Of a stretch of DNA of 64,000 bases, positions 26,228 to 38,951 are shown one piece after another; position 1 is the stretch's first letter, and each line of letters begins with the position of its first letter. The stretch is taken from positions 7,254,001 through 7,318,000 of the forward strand of contig OZ336903.1 in assembly GCA_965287045.1 (NCBI GenBank), in the 5' to 3' direction. The stretch is from Carcharhinus amblyrhynchos. Lineage: Eukaryota. The translations under genes and the position numbers were made by a program. The notes under the pieces were generated by a model. The model was not told the DNA's origin and did no database searches. It was given only the letters and a program-made list of their open reading frames with translations.

Positions 26228-27539
26228 CTAAGTATACTCATAAGTGTTGTAACAAATTTAATGCATGGTAATTGCAAGCTTAACATTTAGTCCCACCCAT
26301 CTACATCCCATTTGGTCCCCCCAACATCCTTCACTTTATCTTCTTTTATTCTTCTGTACAATAGTTGTTCTCCCTCTGAAAAGCCATCCATTTCCCATGT
26401 GGTCGTGGTTTCAAAATAGGAATGGAACAAAAGTGTCTTATGTACAAAGACACATTGATTCTCTACATCTGCAATGTGATGATGCCTGCGCAACTTTCTG
26501 GCCGGGTAAGGGGTGAACTAGCTCCCCTCAATTCAGCCTCCTCAGTTCATCGCGACAAAAAGTTTATCCAACTTCTAACTTGACTCCAGGCACTCTCGTC
26601 GGCAGCAAGGGCTTCCCAGGCATCAATCCCAAGATTTTAGTTCACTGGTAGATTTCTAAGTTGGATTGCTCCCAAATCAGGTTGTACAAATGTTCCAAGA
26701 CACAGGGACAGGGAGAGATAGAGAGAGGTGCTTTCAGCTCATTTCTTTCACTGAAGTTTATGTTGCAAGCTCTCTTAATGGCTGCACCCTGGCTGGTTAC
26801 ACTTCACCCATTGTGCACTGCTGAGGGGTTTTGGGTGGGTCTGTCTGTGGCACCACTGTTTCAATATCCAGCACTTTAGATTTTATTATCTCATCCTCCA
26901 ACAGTTCAGAGTTTTGATGGGTCTTTAAACTATAGGAAATGTCTCCCATTTCACACTCCAGAGGGTATCCTGTTTGCCTTTTCACCTTCGTCTTCAAGGT
27001 GCGTTTGCATTTTTATGTAGTTCTGGCTCATTTCAATTTGCTAAATCTCCATTCAGTCAAAATTTTGAGAATCATATTTTGAAAATTAAAGGAACTAGCC
27101 TTGCCACAACTTAGTTAACTCAAGTCATTTCTCTATATTTCTATATCCCAATCTGCATTCTTGACACTTTTACATAGTTAATCTGTAGAATGGATAATAA
27201 TAATTGACATCATCTATGCATAGACAACCATAAGAAGGTAAACTCAGGGCATTTTGCAGTCTTCTGGAGAGAGAAAGCAAATTTAAAGACAGAATAAATT
27301 ATTAAACTTTCCTGACAGCATTGAGAACTGGTTATGACCTCTGTCACTGCTGTGATATTGACAACTAGCACTGTCAAAGAGTTGCTGTCCAGTTGCCCAA
27401 GAACAAAGGAAACACACTGCACAAAGTACACATCACTGGAGCAACTGATGAGCAGAGATATAGATCCAACAAGAGAGCACTCAGTAGAACACATACCTCT
27501 GCCACAAAATTACACAGCTCTTACTTCAGGCTTTTCACT

Positions 27540-28830
27540 TCCTGGTTGATGCTCTGTAATTTTATTATGGCGTCTGCCCATCTTGTGAAGTGATGGACTG
27601 TGCCCAGGGTCTCTGTCACTTCTGTACTGAATATGGTTTGCTGCAACAGTCCCTTCCACAGCTGGAACACCTGAACAGAGTTGGCCCAAGAGTGACTGTG
27701 ATTTTCTTTTTCCAGCAGGTTCTTTTGTGTGTCACCTGGTCATTTCTTTGTTTTCCACACTGTTCCAACTTGACTCCAGGCACACCAGTCAGCAGCAAGG
27801 GCTTCACAAACACCAATTCCAATCAACTTGGAGTCATGCTTGTAGACATCCTGACATCACAGGCATGGGCAACCTGTTGTTCTTGTGCCAACAGAAAGCT
27901 CAACACCGAGTATGTCTTTGCGATGAGCTGTCATCAATTCAGATTACACGACACAGCCAGCAACACTGACAAGAAGGTAAACATGCTGGGGGGCCCTGAC
28001 ATACTGGTGTACTTCCATATTCAGCACTGTGTTTTGCTAAGCAATGCCCATTATTCATCTCAGGTAATGAAGGTGGGACCTGTCCAGGCACTTTTCATTG
28101 TCCATGCCCCTCTAGTGTAAAGGAGGGTGCTGAGAACACCTGCCTAGTGCACACAGCTTCAAATTCCCCACTAGCCTGCTTATGGTCCATACCAGCCTTG
28201 ACCAGTGGCCTGGGCAATCCTTGTGCTGATTTCAGTTTCAAGGGACAGGGTACTGATAATTGTTGAGCCAAGGTATTGGAAGCTGTCACCAACACAATGT
28301 TGCTACAGGGTGAAATCTCTACATCCTGGCCCACAAGTTTGGTCTTCCTAAAATTGATGGTCAGTCCAAACTCCTTGTAGGCCTGGGAAAAGTGACCTAC
28401 AAGTGAACTTCAGTATGAGCTGCCAGTGCGGTGTCATCAGCAAAAGAGCATCAGCCACCAGGGCATCACATACTTTGGTCTCTGGAGACAGTCTTGCCAG
28501 TTGAACAGCTTGCTGTTGGCTCTGGCATGCAAGTAGACATCGTCATTTATGTTGCCCAATTGAACAATAACAGTCTGGAGAAAACTTTGCCAGAGAGTTG
28601 GCACCAGAATGCACAACTGCATTACCTTTGCTGCTGGTGTTGAAAAAGCCTTCAATGATGCTCCATTGCAACTGACAAAACTGTGTATTCTTGGTAAGAA
28701 GAAATAATGTACAGGAGTCCAGGTCAGCAGCCTATTCTCTGCAACAGTTTGCAAAGTCTCAAGTCAAGGCCTTGCTGAGGTCTGTGAAAGCAACGGAAAC
28801 TAGTCTGCAATGTTCACAGCACTTTACCCA
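27540..28830 (-). mobile_element. Decayed RTE-clade LINE 3' half
   Basis: Minus-strand fragments VYLHARANSKLFN, tttgctgatgacacc (FADDT), ggactgaccatcaat, and terminal FRCSSCGRDC. Confidence 0.75.
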
Positions 28831-30514
28831 CTTCCACCTTGGTAAGGAGATTTCAGCCAATCCACATCCAACAACCTGCTCTGAAAACTCTGCTCACATT
28901 CTGACAGCTGTGGCAAATTGCCCTACAATCTGTAACATTTCAAAACAATTAGTAAAAAAAACCCCAAAACTAAAATAACCTACAACATGCTGAAAAACAA
29001 TTCAATTTGCCTTATCTCCCAATGTTAACAGATCCTTCACAACATTCCACATACAGACCTGTATCTTTGCATAAAAAACAAATCGGTTTTTTGGGACATA
29101 CCTTGTGTACCAACTTTTACTGAAATCCATCCATTTGTTTTTGAGATTTGTGTTTGCAGACAAGTCAGGGTGAAAACATTACGTCCACCACCTACTGAAG
29201 GAAGTGTGTGTCAGTGGGAAACAGACTAAACTGATAGTAAGCTTTATCATTTTCCTTCACAACAGAGGAGAATTCTGAAATTAAAGAAAATGCTCATCTG
29301 GACTTTCTTTTCATTTTTAATTTGCAGAAAGGTGACTCATTTTGACGTCCCACATCTACTGGATTTCCACCACTAGAGGTCACCAACTGCAGCAGCATGG
29401 TCAGCCAAGACTCTGGTTTGCCGTATAAACGCTACCCTTTTCCATTGCAGAATCACAGAAATGTACAACACAGAAGGCAGCCATTCGAATAAATTTGTGC
29501 TGGCTCTTTGAAAGAGCAATCATGCTCGTTCAGATATCATGACATGAATTTATTTCTTGCAGCAGCAGAGCGCTCAGGCTGACACACCAAACATTGCAGC
29601 TGCGCTGTCGTCAGAAGCTGGTTTTCACAGATCCATCCGGCATTTTTTTTCCATAATTTTATTTGTGCGCAAGGACATTTCTTCTAGATTGGTGTAGCAG
29701 CAGAGAGCATTGCCCATGGCTTTCCCCATGGCGTGAACCAACTCCAAATAGCACGTGGAAAATGACATCATGTACAAAAAACAAATATTTGCTGATTCAA
29801 ATTATTATTGAAATAAACTGCTTCGTGAATGTAGTTTAATGAATCAAGGCTGTTATTCCTATGATGTTAGCCTGGACGTGGAGAACATTAAGTAATGAAC
29901 ACTGAAGCACATTTAAAGAAATATTCAACTGCTTTTCATGATTGTATTTGAGGCAATGATTTTTTTAAATGTTATTACTGAAGGAGGGTCACAGCAAGTC
30001 TTTCACAGAATGCCTGGAAAGGAAAATCAGATGGAAGAGAAAGAGATAAACATTCAACCTGACTTTCAAACAGTTCTGTTAAACGAAGTTGTGCCTTCCT
30101 GTTCCAAGTATTGCTGACAACAACTTGTATTTTTTTAAAATCCTGTAATGTGAAAGCTTATTTCAAGACATTTTAGAGTGGTTTTGAAGATTGTATAGCA
30201 ACTTCTCAAGTGAAGAATGGAGAAGTTGAATGCGCAGAATCTAATTTTAAAAAAACTAGTCTACTAGTCCACCTCACTTCTTCCCCAACTCCATTTGTAT
30301 TTGTGAAGCTTCCTTCCTACTTCAGAGCAGGAAAGGTTTGTACCTCTAGTAACCCAAGATAGTGTTGCTCAACTCTGGACAGAAGCTTTGCTTTATTCTA
30401 TAACCGGGAATCCACAATCACTTCAAAGTGCAGTAGAATTATTTCAAGGTACTTAGTGCAAATAATTGAATTTTTCTCATTCCACGTGGTCAGGGAAAAG
30501 TGCATTTTAATTGT

Positions 30515-32470
30515 ACATGGGCCACAGGTATCATTTGAAGGTAAGTACTTATTGCCCATTGCCAATTACCTTGACAAAGTGATGGTGAATGGCCTTCTTG
30601 AACCGGTGCAGTCCATGTGGTGTAGGTACATTCCGTGTTGTTAGAAAGGAAGTTTAAGGATTTTGACCTAGCAATGTGTAAGGAATGGCTGTATATTTTC
30701 AAGTGCAGATGGTATGCAACTCAGAGGGGAACATGCAGGTGGAGGCATTCCCATCAATCCATTGCCCTTGTCATTCTAACTGGCAGAGGTTGTGGATTTG
30801 GAACATGGTGTTGAAGGAGCCATGGGAAGCTGCTCCAGTGCATCTTGTAGATATGGTGCACACTATAGCCATTACTATAGGGAGTAATGGATGGTGGTGG
30901 TGAATGGCGTGTCAATAAAGCAGGTTACTTGGTCCTGAATGGTGTTGAGCTTCTTAGGTGCTGTTGGAGCTGCACTCAAAGTGCAGAGTATTTTATCATA
31001 TTCCTGATTTGTGCCTTGATGGTGGACAGGATTTGCAAAGTCAAGAAGCCACATAGCACAGAATTCCCAACTTCTGATCTAATCTTGTAGCCACAACATT
31101 GATCTGGCTGTTCTGCGTAAGATTCTTTCCATGATTACTCCCATGTTGTTGATGAGGGAACTCAGTGATGGTAATAGCACTGAATGGCAAGGAGAGGTGA
31201 CTAGATTCCCTCTTGTTAGAAATGGCTACTGCCTGGCATTGTGTGGCATTCATGTTACTTGTCACTTACCAATTCAAGCCTGAATGTTGTCCAAGTCTTG
31301 TTATATGCGACATGGACTGATTCAGTATCCAAGGAGTCACAAATGGTACCCAACACTATTAGATCAAAAACAGATCCCAAATACTGACTTCACAATAAAG
31401 GGTCAGCCATTGATAAAGCAGCTAAAACATGGTTGGGGTCTATGATACTACCGTGTGTAACTCCTGCAGCCATCTTGCGGGACTGAGGTGATTGGCACCC
31501 AACAAGCACAACCATTTTACTTTGTTTGAAGTACAACTCCAGTCAGAGGAGGGTTTCCCCTTGATGTAATGATGTCTGAAGCCAGTGTTCCTGGCAAAAC
31601 ACAAACTGACCGCCAGTGAGCAGGTCATTGCTGATTTAAGTGTCACATGATGGCACTATAATTTGGCAATACCTTGTCACTTTGCTAATGATCGAGAGTA
31701 AATTGCTACAGTGCTAAGCGGATGGATTGGGTTTGTTCTGTTTGTGCACAGTACATACCTGGACAATCTTCCACATCCTTGGGGAGATGTTAGCGTTATT
31801 GCAAATGTGATGCAGCAACTTAGCTCGAGACATGGCTCACTGTGAAACATGTCTCTCATCGTAAAGCATGCCTTCAGTATTCCAGCTGGAATATTATTTG
31901 GGCTTTGCTTTGTCCAGTGCTGTCAGCTATGTTTTGATATCACATGGAGTGAATCAAACTGGCTGAAGACTGGCATCTGTGATGCTGGGAATCTCAGGAG
32001 GAAGTCAAAAGGGATCATCCACTCAGTAATTCTAGCAGACAATGGTTGCAAAACTTCAGCCTTGTTTGCACTGGCTCACGCTTACACTGAGGATGGAGGT
32101 ATTTGCAGAGCTGCCTCCTCTGGTTAGCTGTATAGTGGTAGAGCTTTAGTGTGATCTGTGGAGTTGTTTAGCTTATCAATGGCATGCTAGTTCTGCTGTT
32201 TAGCATTTTTAAACCCCTCAGGTGTTGTAGCTTCATCAGGCGGTCCCTCATTCTTAGCGATATATGGTGATGCTCATGACATGCTCTCCGATACTCCGCA
32301 CTGAACTGGGTCCATTGGCTTGATGGTCATGGTAGGGTGAAGGATATGCTGGGCCGTCAAGTAATATATTGTGGTGTACAATTTGGCTGCTGCTGATGGC
32401 CCACTGTGCCTCATGATGCCCAGCTTCGAGCTGCAAGATCTGATCTGAAAATATATCTTCTATTGTCCTC
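30515..32470 (-). mobile_element. Long decayed copy of the second CR1-clade family
   Basis: Family words from the 3' end (ttattgcccat, ccttcttgaacc.gtgcagtcc) through the RT region (tgaatgttgtccaagtcttg, atgatcgagagta, acctggacaat.ttccacat). Confidence 0.72.
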
Positions 32471-33679
32471 ATCAAGGATCATAGATGGAAAGCTGGACAT
32501 TGATATTCTATCAGTATAAAATGACCACCATACCAGTCACTTCAAGTAGATTGATCCAGGATGAGTCAGATATGATGCACTACTGTGCGGCGGGGGATAA
32601 CGGCCAGTTTGAACATGGAGAATTGTATGCATCTAGACCATCCACGTCAATACGGTTTTTCATCAAGATGTACAAAGTGGGCCTGAGAAAGCTAGCCTTT
32701 AATTTGTGCTTCAAACTGAATGAAAGTGATACTCAGAAAGTAAGAGCAGTTTCCGCGCCAGTAAGCCCACGCTGTCTTTCGCTCAACACAGCAAACATAC
32801 AAGGCATACTGGTAAAAGAGCTTTATATTAAATGGCACAGGTTATCTGTATAATTGCCCTCTTGTCAGCCAATAAACGTACAATTCTTGTTGAAATGACT
32901 GATCATGGTATATGCACTGCCAAAGTGACATTGTTTTAAATGAAATAAGCACACACTGGCATCTTCACCAGTAATACGTCCTCCATCCATTTCAGCTGCA
33001 GGGCAGAATCTTTGAAGCACTGTATGGCCAGACTGCCATGGTGTGTACACAGGGCAGGATGGATCTATGGGAAACTGACATTCTGACCTAACTGCCTCAG
33101 GGACTGGAGTTCTCTAACCCATGTCAATAACAATCTACTTAAACCGGATGGCTTCAGAATCAATTATCCCTGGATAAATGGACTAGTTTGAGAGCTCAAA
33201 AGACTGAAACGCTACAGGATTTTTACTCAGTGCTGTGAGCGATATTTGAAACCCAAGCCAGGACAATCAGTGAACCACCTTATGGAACAAGTTAAGCCAG
33301 ATAACAAATACTGACATATTTCTCTGTGAGACACACACACTGCTGTGCTGACAGATCACTCAGGAGTCAGGGGACTACTTCAGAAATATTCAATCATGGA
33401 AATGTGAGGGGATGGACTTTTTGCAATATTTATCAAACGCAGTGATGCCATTGAACTCATGCTTGGCTTACTTTTCCCTTTATTTCCTGCACAAACCAAG
33501 TTAGTTTGCTTTCTCTCTTTTGTGCATCAGTTGAAATGAACAAAAAGGCAGCCTGCATCACTGTTCCATTTCTCATCTCCAAGAGGTATGAATAGTGATT
33601 CTGATACACCTGCCAGTTGCCCTCACAGCTGTTTCTTTTTTTCTAGGTTTCCCCCTAAAGCAGAACTACAAAAACAACT

Positions 33680-34380
33680 ACAACTTATGTTTATACAGCA
33701 TTTTTGTACAGAACAAACATCCAAACTTGCTTTGCAGTGTTCTAAGAACATGGGAGAAGTGACCAAAAGCTTAGTTTGTGATATTTGGGATGGGACTTGG
33801 ATAAGGGGATAAAGGGGCAGAGGGATTTTATGAAATTAACTCCAGAAGATAGGACCTAGGCATCTGAATGTTCAAACATCAATGGTGGAGCAAAGCATCA
33901 AGGGATGCACAAAAAGCCCAAGGAAAAGTACTCTAAAGGGTTAGGAGGGGTGAGAAAGGGACATAGTTGTGAAGGCTTGATGACATTACATCAGAAGGGG
34001 CAAGGCCAGGATGAAAATATTTACAGATCAGGATTTGGAAATAATTTACAGATCAGAGTTTGGACCAATTCAGATTAATGGGGATAGGATTTGCTGCAAG
34101 ATAGGAATATTTGGGATGAGTTTATGGAGGCGAAAGATTAAGCGCTTTATCAAAACATGGGCTGCACGGGTAACGTGATTCAGATGAAAGTAGTTGGTTG
34201 TCGTAATGGAGAGAGGATGGAGTTGGAAGATCACCATGAGGTTGAAGATAATGTTCAGGTTCACTGAGACAACGAGGAGGCTGGGAAATGGAATTGATGG
34301 GAAGGTTACAAGGATGATGTTGTCAGGTTGAATGGTTCCAGTCTTACCTGTATTTAGAGAAATTATGGCATGAATTGAGT
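33680..34380 (-). mobile_element. L2-like remnant
   Basis: gtgaccaaaagcttagt, ccagaagataggacctaggcatctgaa and ttccagtcttacctgtatttag resemble the other L2-like copies. Confidence 0.5.
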
Positions 34381-34608
34381 TCCAATTCATGCATTAAATT
34401 TGGCTCTTTTGTTGAATTCTCCCAGGAGAGAAACAGTTTGTTCAGACTATGAAAGTATCTTATTTCTCAGTTGGGAGTTTTGAGTCCTGTCCCTGAAAAC
34501 AATTCAAGTGATGATGGGTTTAAGCAGCTAAAAGACATCAAATAAGGATTTATGAATTTAAAGCGAAAACCCTTGCGACACTTGATGCAAGTCAAACATT
34601 GAACGATC

Positions 34609-34901
34609 GGATGGCACGGTGGCACAGTGGTTAGCACTGTTGCCTCACAGCGCCAGTGGCCCAGGTCACTGTCTGTGTGGAGTCTGCACATTCTCCCCTT
34701 GCCTGTGTGTGTTTCCTCCGAGTGCTCCGGTTTCCTCCCAAGTCCGAAGATGCATAGGTTAGATTGATCATCCATGCTAAATTGTCCATTAGTGTCAAAG
34801 GACTTGCAGTATAAATACATTGCGTTACGGGGATAGGATGGGATTGTGGTCAGTGCAGACTCGATAGGTCGAATAGCCTCCTTCTGTATTGTAGGGATTC
34901 T
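34609..34901 (+). mobile_element. HE1-like SINE with CR1-type tail and internal deletion in the head
   Basis: ggcacggtggcacagtggttagcactgttgcctcacagcgccag...gtttcctccgagtgctccggtttcctccca...gcagactcgataggtcgaatagcctccttctg. Candidate TSD acgat at 34603-34607 and 34902-34906. Confidence 0.9.
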
Positions 34902-35941
34902 ACGATGCACCATTCCCATTGGAGGTTGTTAGGAGAATAAGTAAAATTATACTGGTGCTCAGTACCCAAGTATGCATGAACTCGATGGGCTAATCACAAA
35001 CACATTCAACAAAAAGATTGAATGCCATCTCAAATTGCTGTACCATTGAGTGTTCAGTGCCTCAAACTCCGGACAGAGAGACATACAATATCAAGTCATC
35101 TGAGACCTGTCTCACACACCAAGCTACTGGTAATAGAGAGGGAGGGTTGCAATGACAAGTGTGTGGGAACACATACTCTACCTGCCTTTTTATAACCTGT
35201 TCCAAAGCTAGACGACTTTCATTATTAACTTCTGTGCTTCATTTCATGCTCTGTGGGGCTTCACTATCAGATGGCCCATTGAACACATAGGAACACTTCA
35301 ACGGTTGATGCTTTGAAATTCCTAAATTACTTGTGAAGCAGTGAGGAAAATAAACAAGAGCTGGAAAGGCAGCGAAAAGAGCCTGGTCCCAGGCCAGTAC
35401 TCCGCGTTAGGCAGCCAGCCAAGTTTGCTGATCAGCTTCCTCTTGTATATTGCAAATTCATTGGTCCTTGTACCTTAGCGACTTAACTGATGATGCAAAT
35501 ACTTACGGCAAATCAATTCATAATCCTGAGAGATGTTCTCTATCATTTAGTGTTGGGTACCTGATTTTGCCAAGGTGAGGGGCAGAAACACCAGGAATGC
35601 AAATGTATTCCTTTTAATGTTAAATAACTGCATAAAATAAGGCTCAAATTAGTTTGTTTTTCTGCAATGAGTCAATAGTGGTCTTGTGGCTATCATTCTG
35701 AGTTTACCCCCACAATAAAAATCTACTGGCCACAATTCAGTCACATCATTTTTTAAACACCACTTGCAAATCAGGTGAGCAAGTGTCCTTGCCTCCAGAG
35801 TGACTTCTGAGGAGGCAGCCAGGTAGTTGATGTCACACAGATGGAATGTAACGGAGCCAATCGAAAGGATATCAATTTCTACAAAATTAAATTGCACACC
35901 ACGAGAAAAATACTGGGTGGGGCCATGTGAGATTCTGAAGA

Positions 35942-36508
35942 AGAGTCATAGAGCTTTACAGCATGGAAACAGGCCCTTTGGTCCAAGTTGTCCATGCCGC
36001 TCCTTTTTGTTTTAAGCCACTAAGCTAATTCCAATTCCCCACATTTGACCCATATCCCTCTACACCATTTTACCCATGTAACTGTCAAAATGCTTTTTAG
36101 AAGTCAAAATTCTACCCGCCTCTAGCAGCTCGTTTCAGAAACTCACCACCCTCAGTGTGAAACAATTGCCCTTCTGGACCCTTCTGTATCTCTTGCCTCT
36201 CACCTTAAACCTATGACCTCTAGTTTTAGATATCCCTACCTTTGGGAAATAATGTTGACTATCTAGCCGATCTATGCCCCTCATTATTTTACACACCTCT
36301 ATAAGATCACCCCTAAGCCTCCTACGCTCCATGGAAAAAAAGTCCCACTCTATCCAGCCTCTCCAAACTCAAACCATCAAGTCCCGGTAGCATCCGAGTA
36401 AATCTTTTCTGCACTCTGTCTAGTTTAATAATATCCTTTCTATAATTGGGTAACCAGAACTGTACACAGTATTCCAAGTTTGGCCTTAACAATGCCTTGT
36501 ACAACTTC
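35942..36508 (-). mobile_element. 5'-truncated CR1 LINE (RT C-terminus and 3' UTR)
   Basis: ORFs 36322..36546 (LYKALLRPNLEYCVQFWLP...RVQKRFTRMLPGL) and 36135..36332 (ERRRLRGDLIEVCKIMRG...TRGHRFK) are hallmark CR1 ORF2 C-terminal peptides. Confidence 0.92.
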
Positions 36509-38633
36509 TTGTGGACTCTAAACATTAATGATGTTTCTCCCTCCACAGATGTTGTCAGAACTGCCGAGTTTATCCAGCATTTTGTGCTTTTAATGTGCGT
36601 TTTTAATTCTTTAACACTAGGATCAACAGTTGGCTTTTATTTCTCCAGCACAGCAGAAAGTACAACTTATTACTCAAAATCACAGTTGAATTAGTTCTTG
36701 CTTTTTGGCCCTGTTGAGTTCTTCTCGGCAGATTTGCCTTTAATAACTTGGGGATTGTCACAGTAACTTCATTGCAGTGTTCATGTCAGCTAACATGTGA
36801 TGATGCAAATAAATAAACTTTAAGCAGTTCTCTTGGAACACCATGAATTTCTCAGTCAAATGCCATTATCGCAGTCATTAATCAGATCTGGTTATTATAG
36901 CAATGTACCTTTTTTTCTGTGAACCTATGTTTCGCGCTTTTAATCTCACCACTGCTTATTCTTTTTAATATCGATTCTATAAATAAGGTAAGGGGGTTAA
37001 TTGTCAATCTCGTGACTCCCTCCAGAGAGCTGAGCAGAGAAACTAAGCAATCGATCAGTTTATCTGCTTTTGTACAATGAAATGCATGTTGGGAACACAA
37101 ACCACTGCATCGTCTATCCAATCCCTACAAGATAACACTCATAATTTAAGCGTGGGATTCCAAGTTGTGAACTTTTTATGACTATGCTTACTAAACGCGC
37201 AACTTGTTAGTGGTATTAAGTTAACATTTTTTATAACTAATCCGACACATGATATAATCGGGTTTCTGAAAATCATTTAAAATCGGGTTTGCAGTTACAA
37301 AGGCCATTTTGTAATGATACATAACCAGGGGTGAAATTACTGATGCTTTGATTATGTTATTAGCAATTTATACATATAAATATTCAAATCTAACTGATGT
37401 AGCCAGGTTCAAGTTTGCTCACAAATCAGAAAACTTCCAAATCTAAGGTTTGAATACTCCTTCAAATTCAATTTCATTTCCAAAAGAAGATGAATACAGC
37501 CTTAGTGACCATGTAGGATATAACATCTGGGGCCTCAACAAGCAACAAAAAGAGCCAAAATACCAAATATGCATATATTAAACACACTGCACACTTCAAA
37601 ACCTCATTCTCAAAAACTTCTCAGCAAATTTTCTGAGCTAAAATACTCTGACAGATTCAGCTGATCTGTAATCCTCTCACAAATAAATATACTTTAGTGC
37701 AGCCAACTGACAGCACACAAAAGCAAAACTAAAACTGAGTTTGAAAGTCAACACTGAAAGATATCACGAGTGCCGAAATGAGGTGTTCCTCATGTAATGC
37801 AGTTCACTAATCCCTCGTGGAGTTCTTCACTGGTGCATGTTGCGAGGGATAAGATGGCACTGATGTATCCCAACATAATTTATATTAGTGCATTGCGTGG
37901 GAATAAATGAAAAACGGTTTGGTAATTAGTCTCTCATGAGTTGAGATTCCTTTAAAAGGGATCCCTTGTCTGTGGAGTGTAAATTTATTTTACTTGATCC
38001 TTGTTTTTAAAAGCCTGCTTCCCCCTGCACTTCGGGTTAGTCTTCCTGTAACATCTTGCACCAATTTCTGCCTGAGGCAGACAGATCAGTAAATGCTGCT
38101 CCATGTCAAGCCCCTGGGAGATACACAGGTGCAGTCTGGGGTGACTTGTACTCCCATTTTTCATTTCAGAGAGCAGATGCTTCATCTCACTAGCCTGCAC
38201 AGACAAGATCAGGAAAGTACCATGTGACAAACACTGGAACAAAGCTTCACGTTGCAGCATCTGGAGTTACAAAATAACCTGACCGACAAAGCTGTTATTA
38301 CTGATAGAATTGTATTCATTGGCACCCATTGATTAAATTACATCTCGTGAAATTCTGAACATGGAATATTCAAATACACCAGAATGCGCATACGTATTAA
38401 GACTGGCTGAAATAAATTCCACAGATTTGTTGTGTATCTGGTATTTTGTGGCACATCCTAGGAAATGTCCAGCTGCGGTACGTAATGCACTTGTGAAAGA
38501 GCATACAGAGAACATCAAGCTGAAATTACTGGCTTGAGTGTGTGTGGTAAAACATACCATGCCTAAACTATGGATCTTACTTCCTCTGCATTTTTCCCAA
38601 CTGGGTTTCCAGAAAGATAGACTCAACTCAAAA

Positions 38634-38951
38634 GGCAGCAGAACGAGAGGGCACAGCCTCAAAATAAGGGGGGGGGGGTGTCAGTTTAGATCAGAGTTGA
38701 GGAGGAACTTCTTCGCTCAAAGGGTGGTGAGTCTCTGGAATTCTCTGCCCATTGAAGTGGTGGAGGCTACCTCACTGAATATATTTAAGTCACGGGTAGA
38801 TAGGTTTCTGATAGACAAGGGAATTAAGGATTATGGGGAGAAAGCGGGAAAGTGGAACTGAACCACTTCAGAGCAGCCACGATCTTGTGGAATGGTGGGG
38901 CAGGCTCGAAGGGCTAGATGGCCTACTCCTGCTCCTATTTCTTACGTTCTT
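38634..38951 (+). mobile_element. Short young CR1 3' fragment with 9-bp TSD
   Basis: TRGHSLKIRGG...RRNFFAQRVVSLWNSLP. aactcaaaa occurs at 38625-38633 and 38952-38960. Very similar to 49125-49440. Confidence 0.93.

Noticed and set aside
27590-28120. 176-aa plus-strand ORF
   Set aside because: It is antisense to a decayed RTE LINE and is not a host gene.
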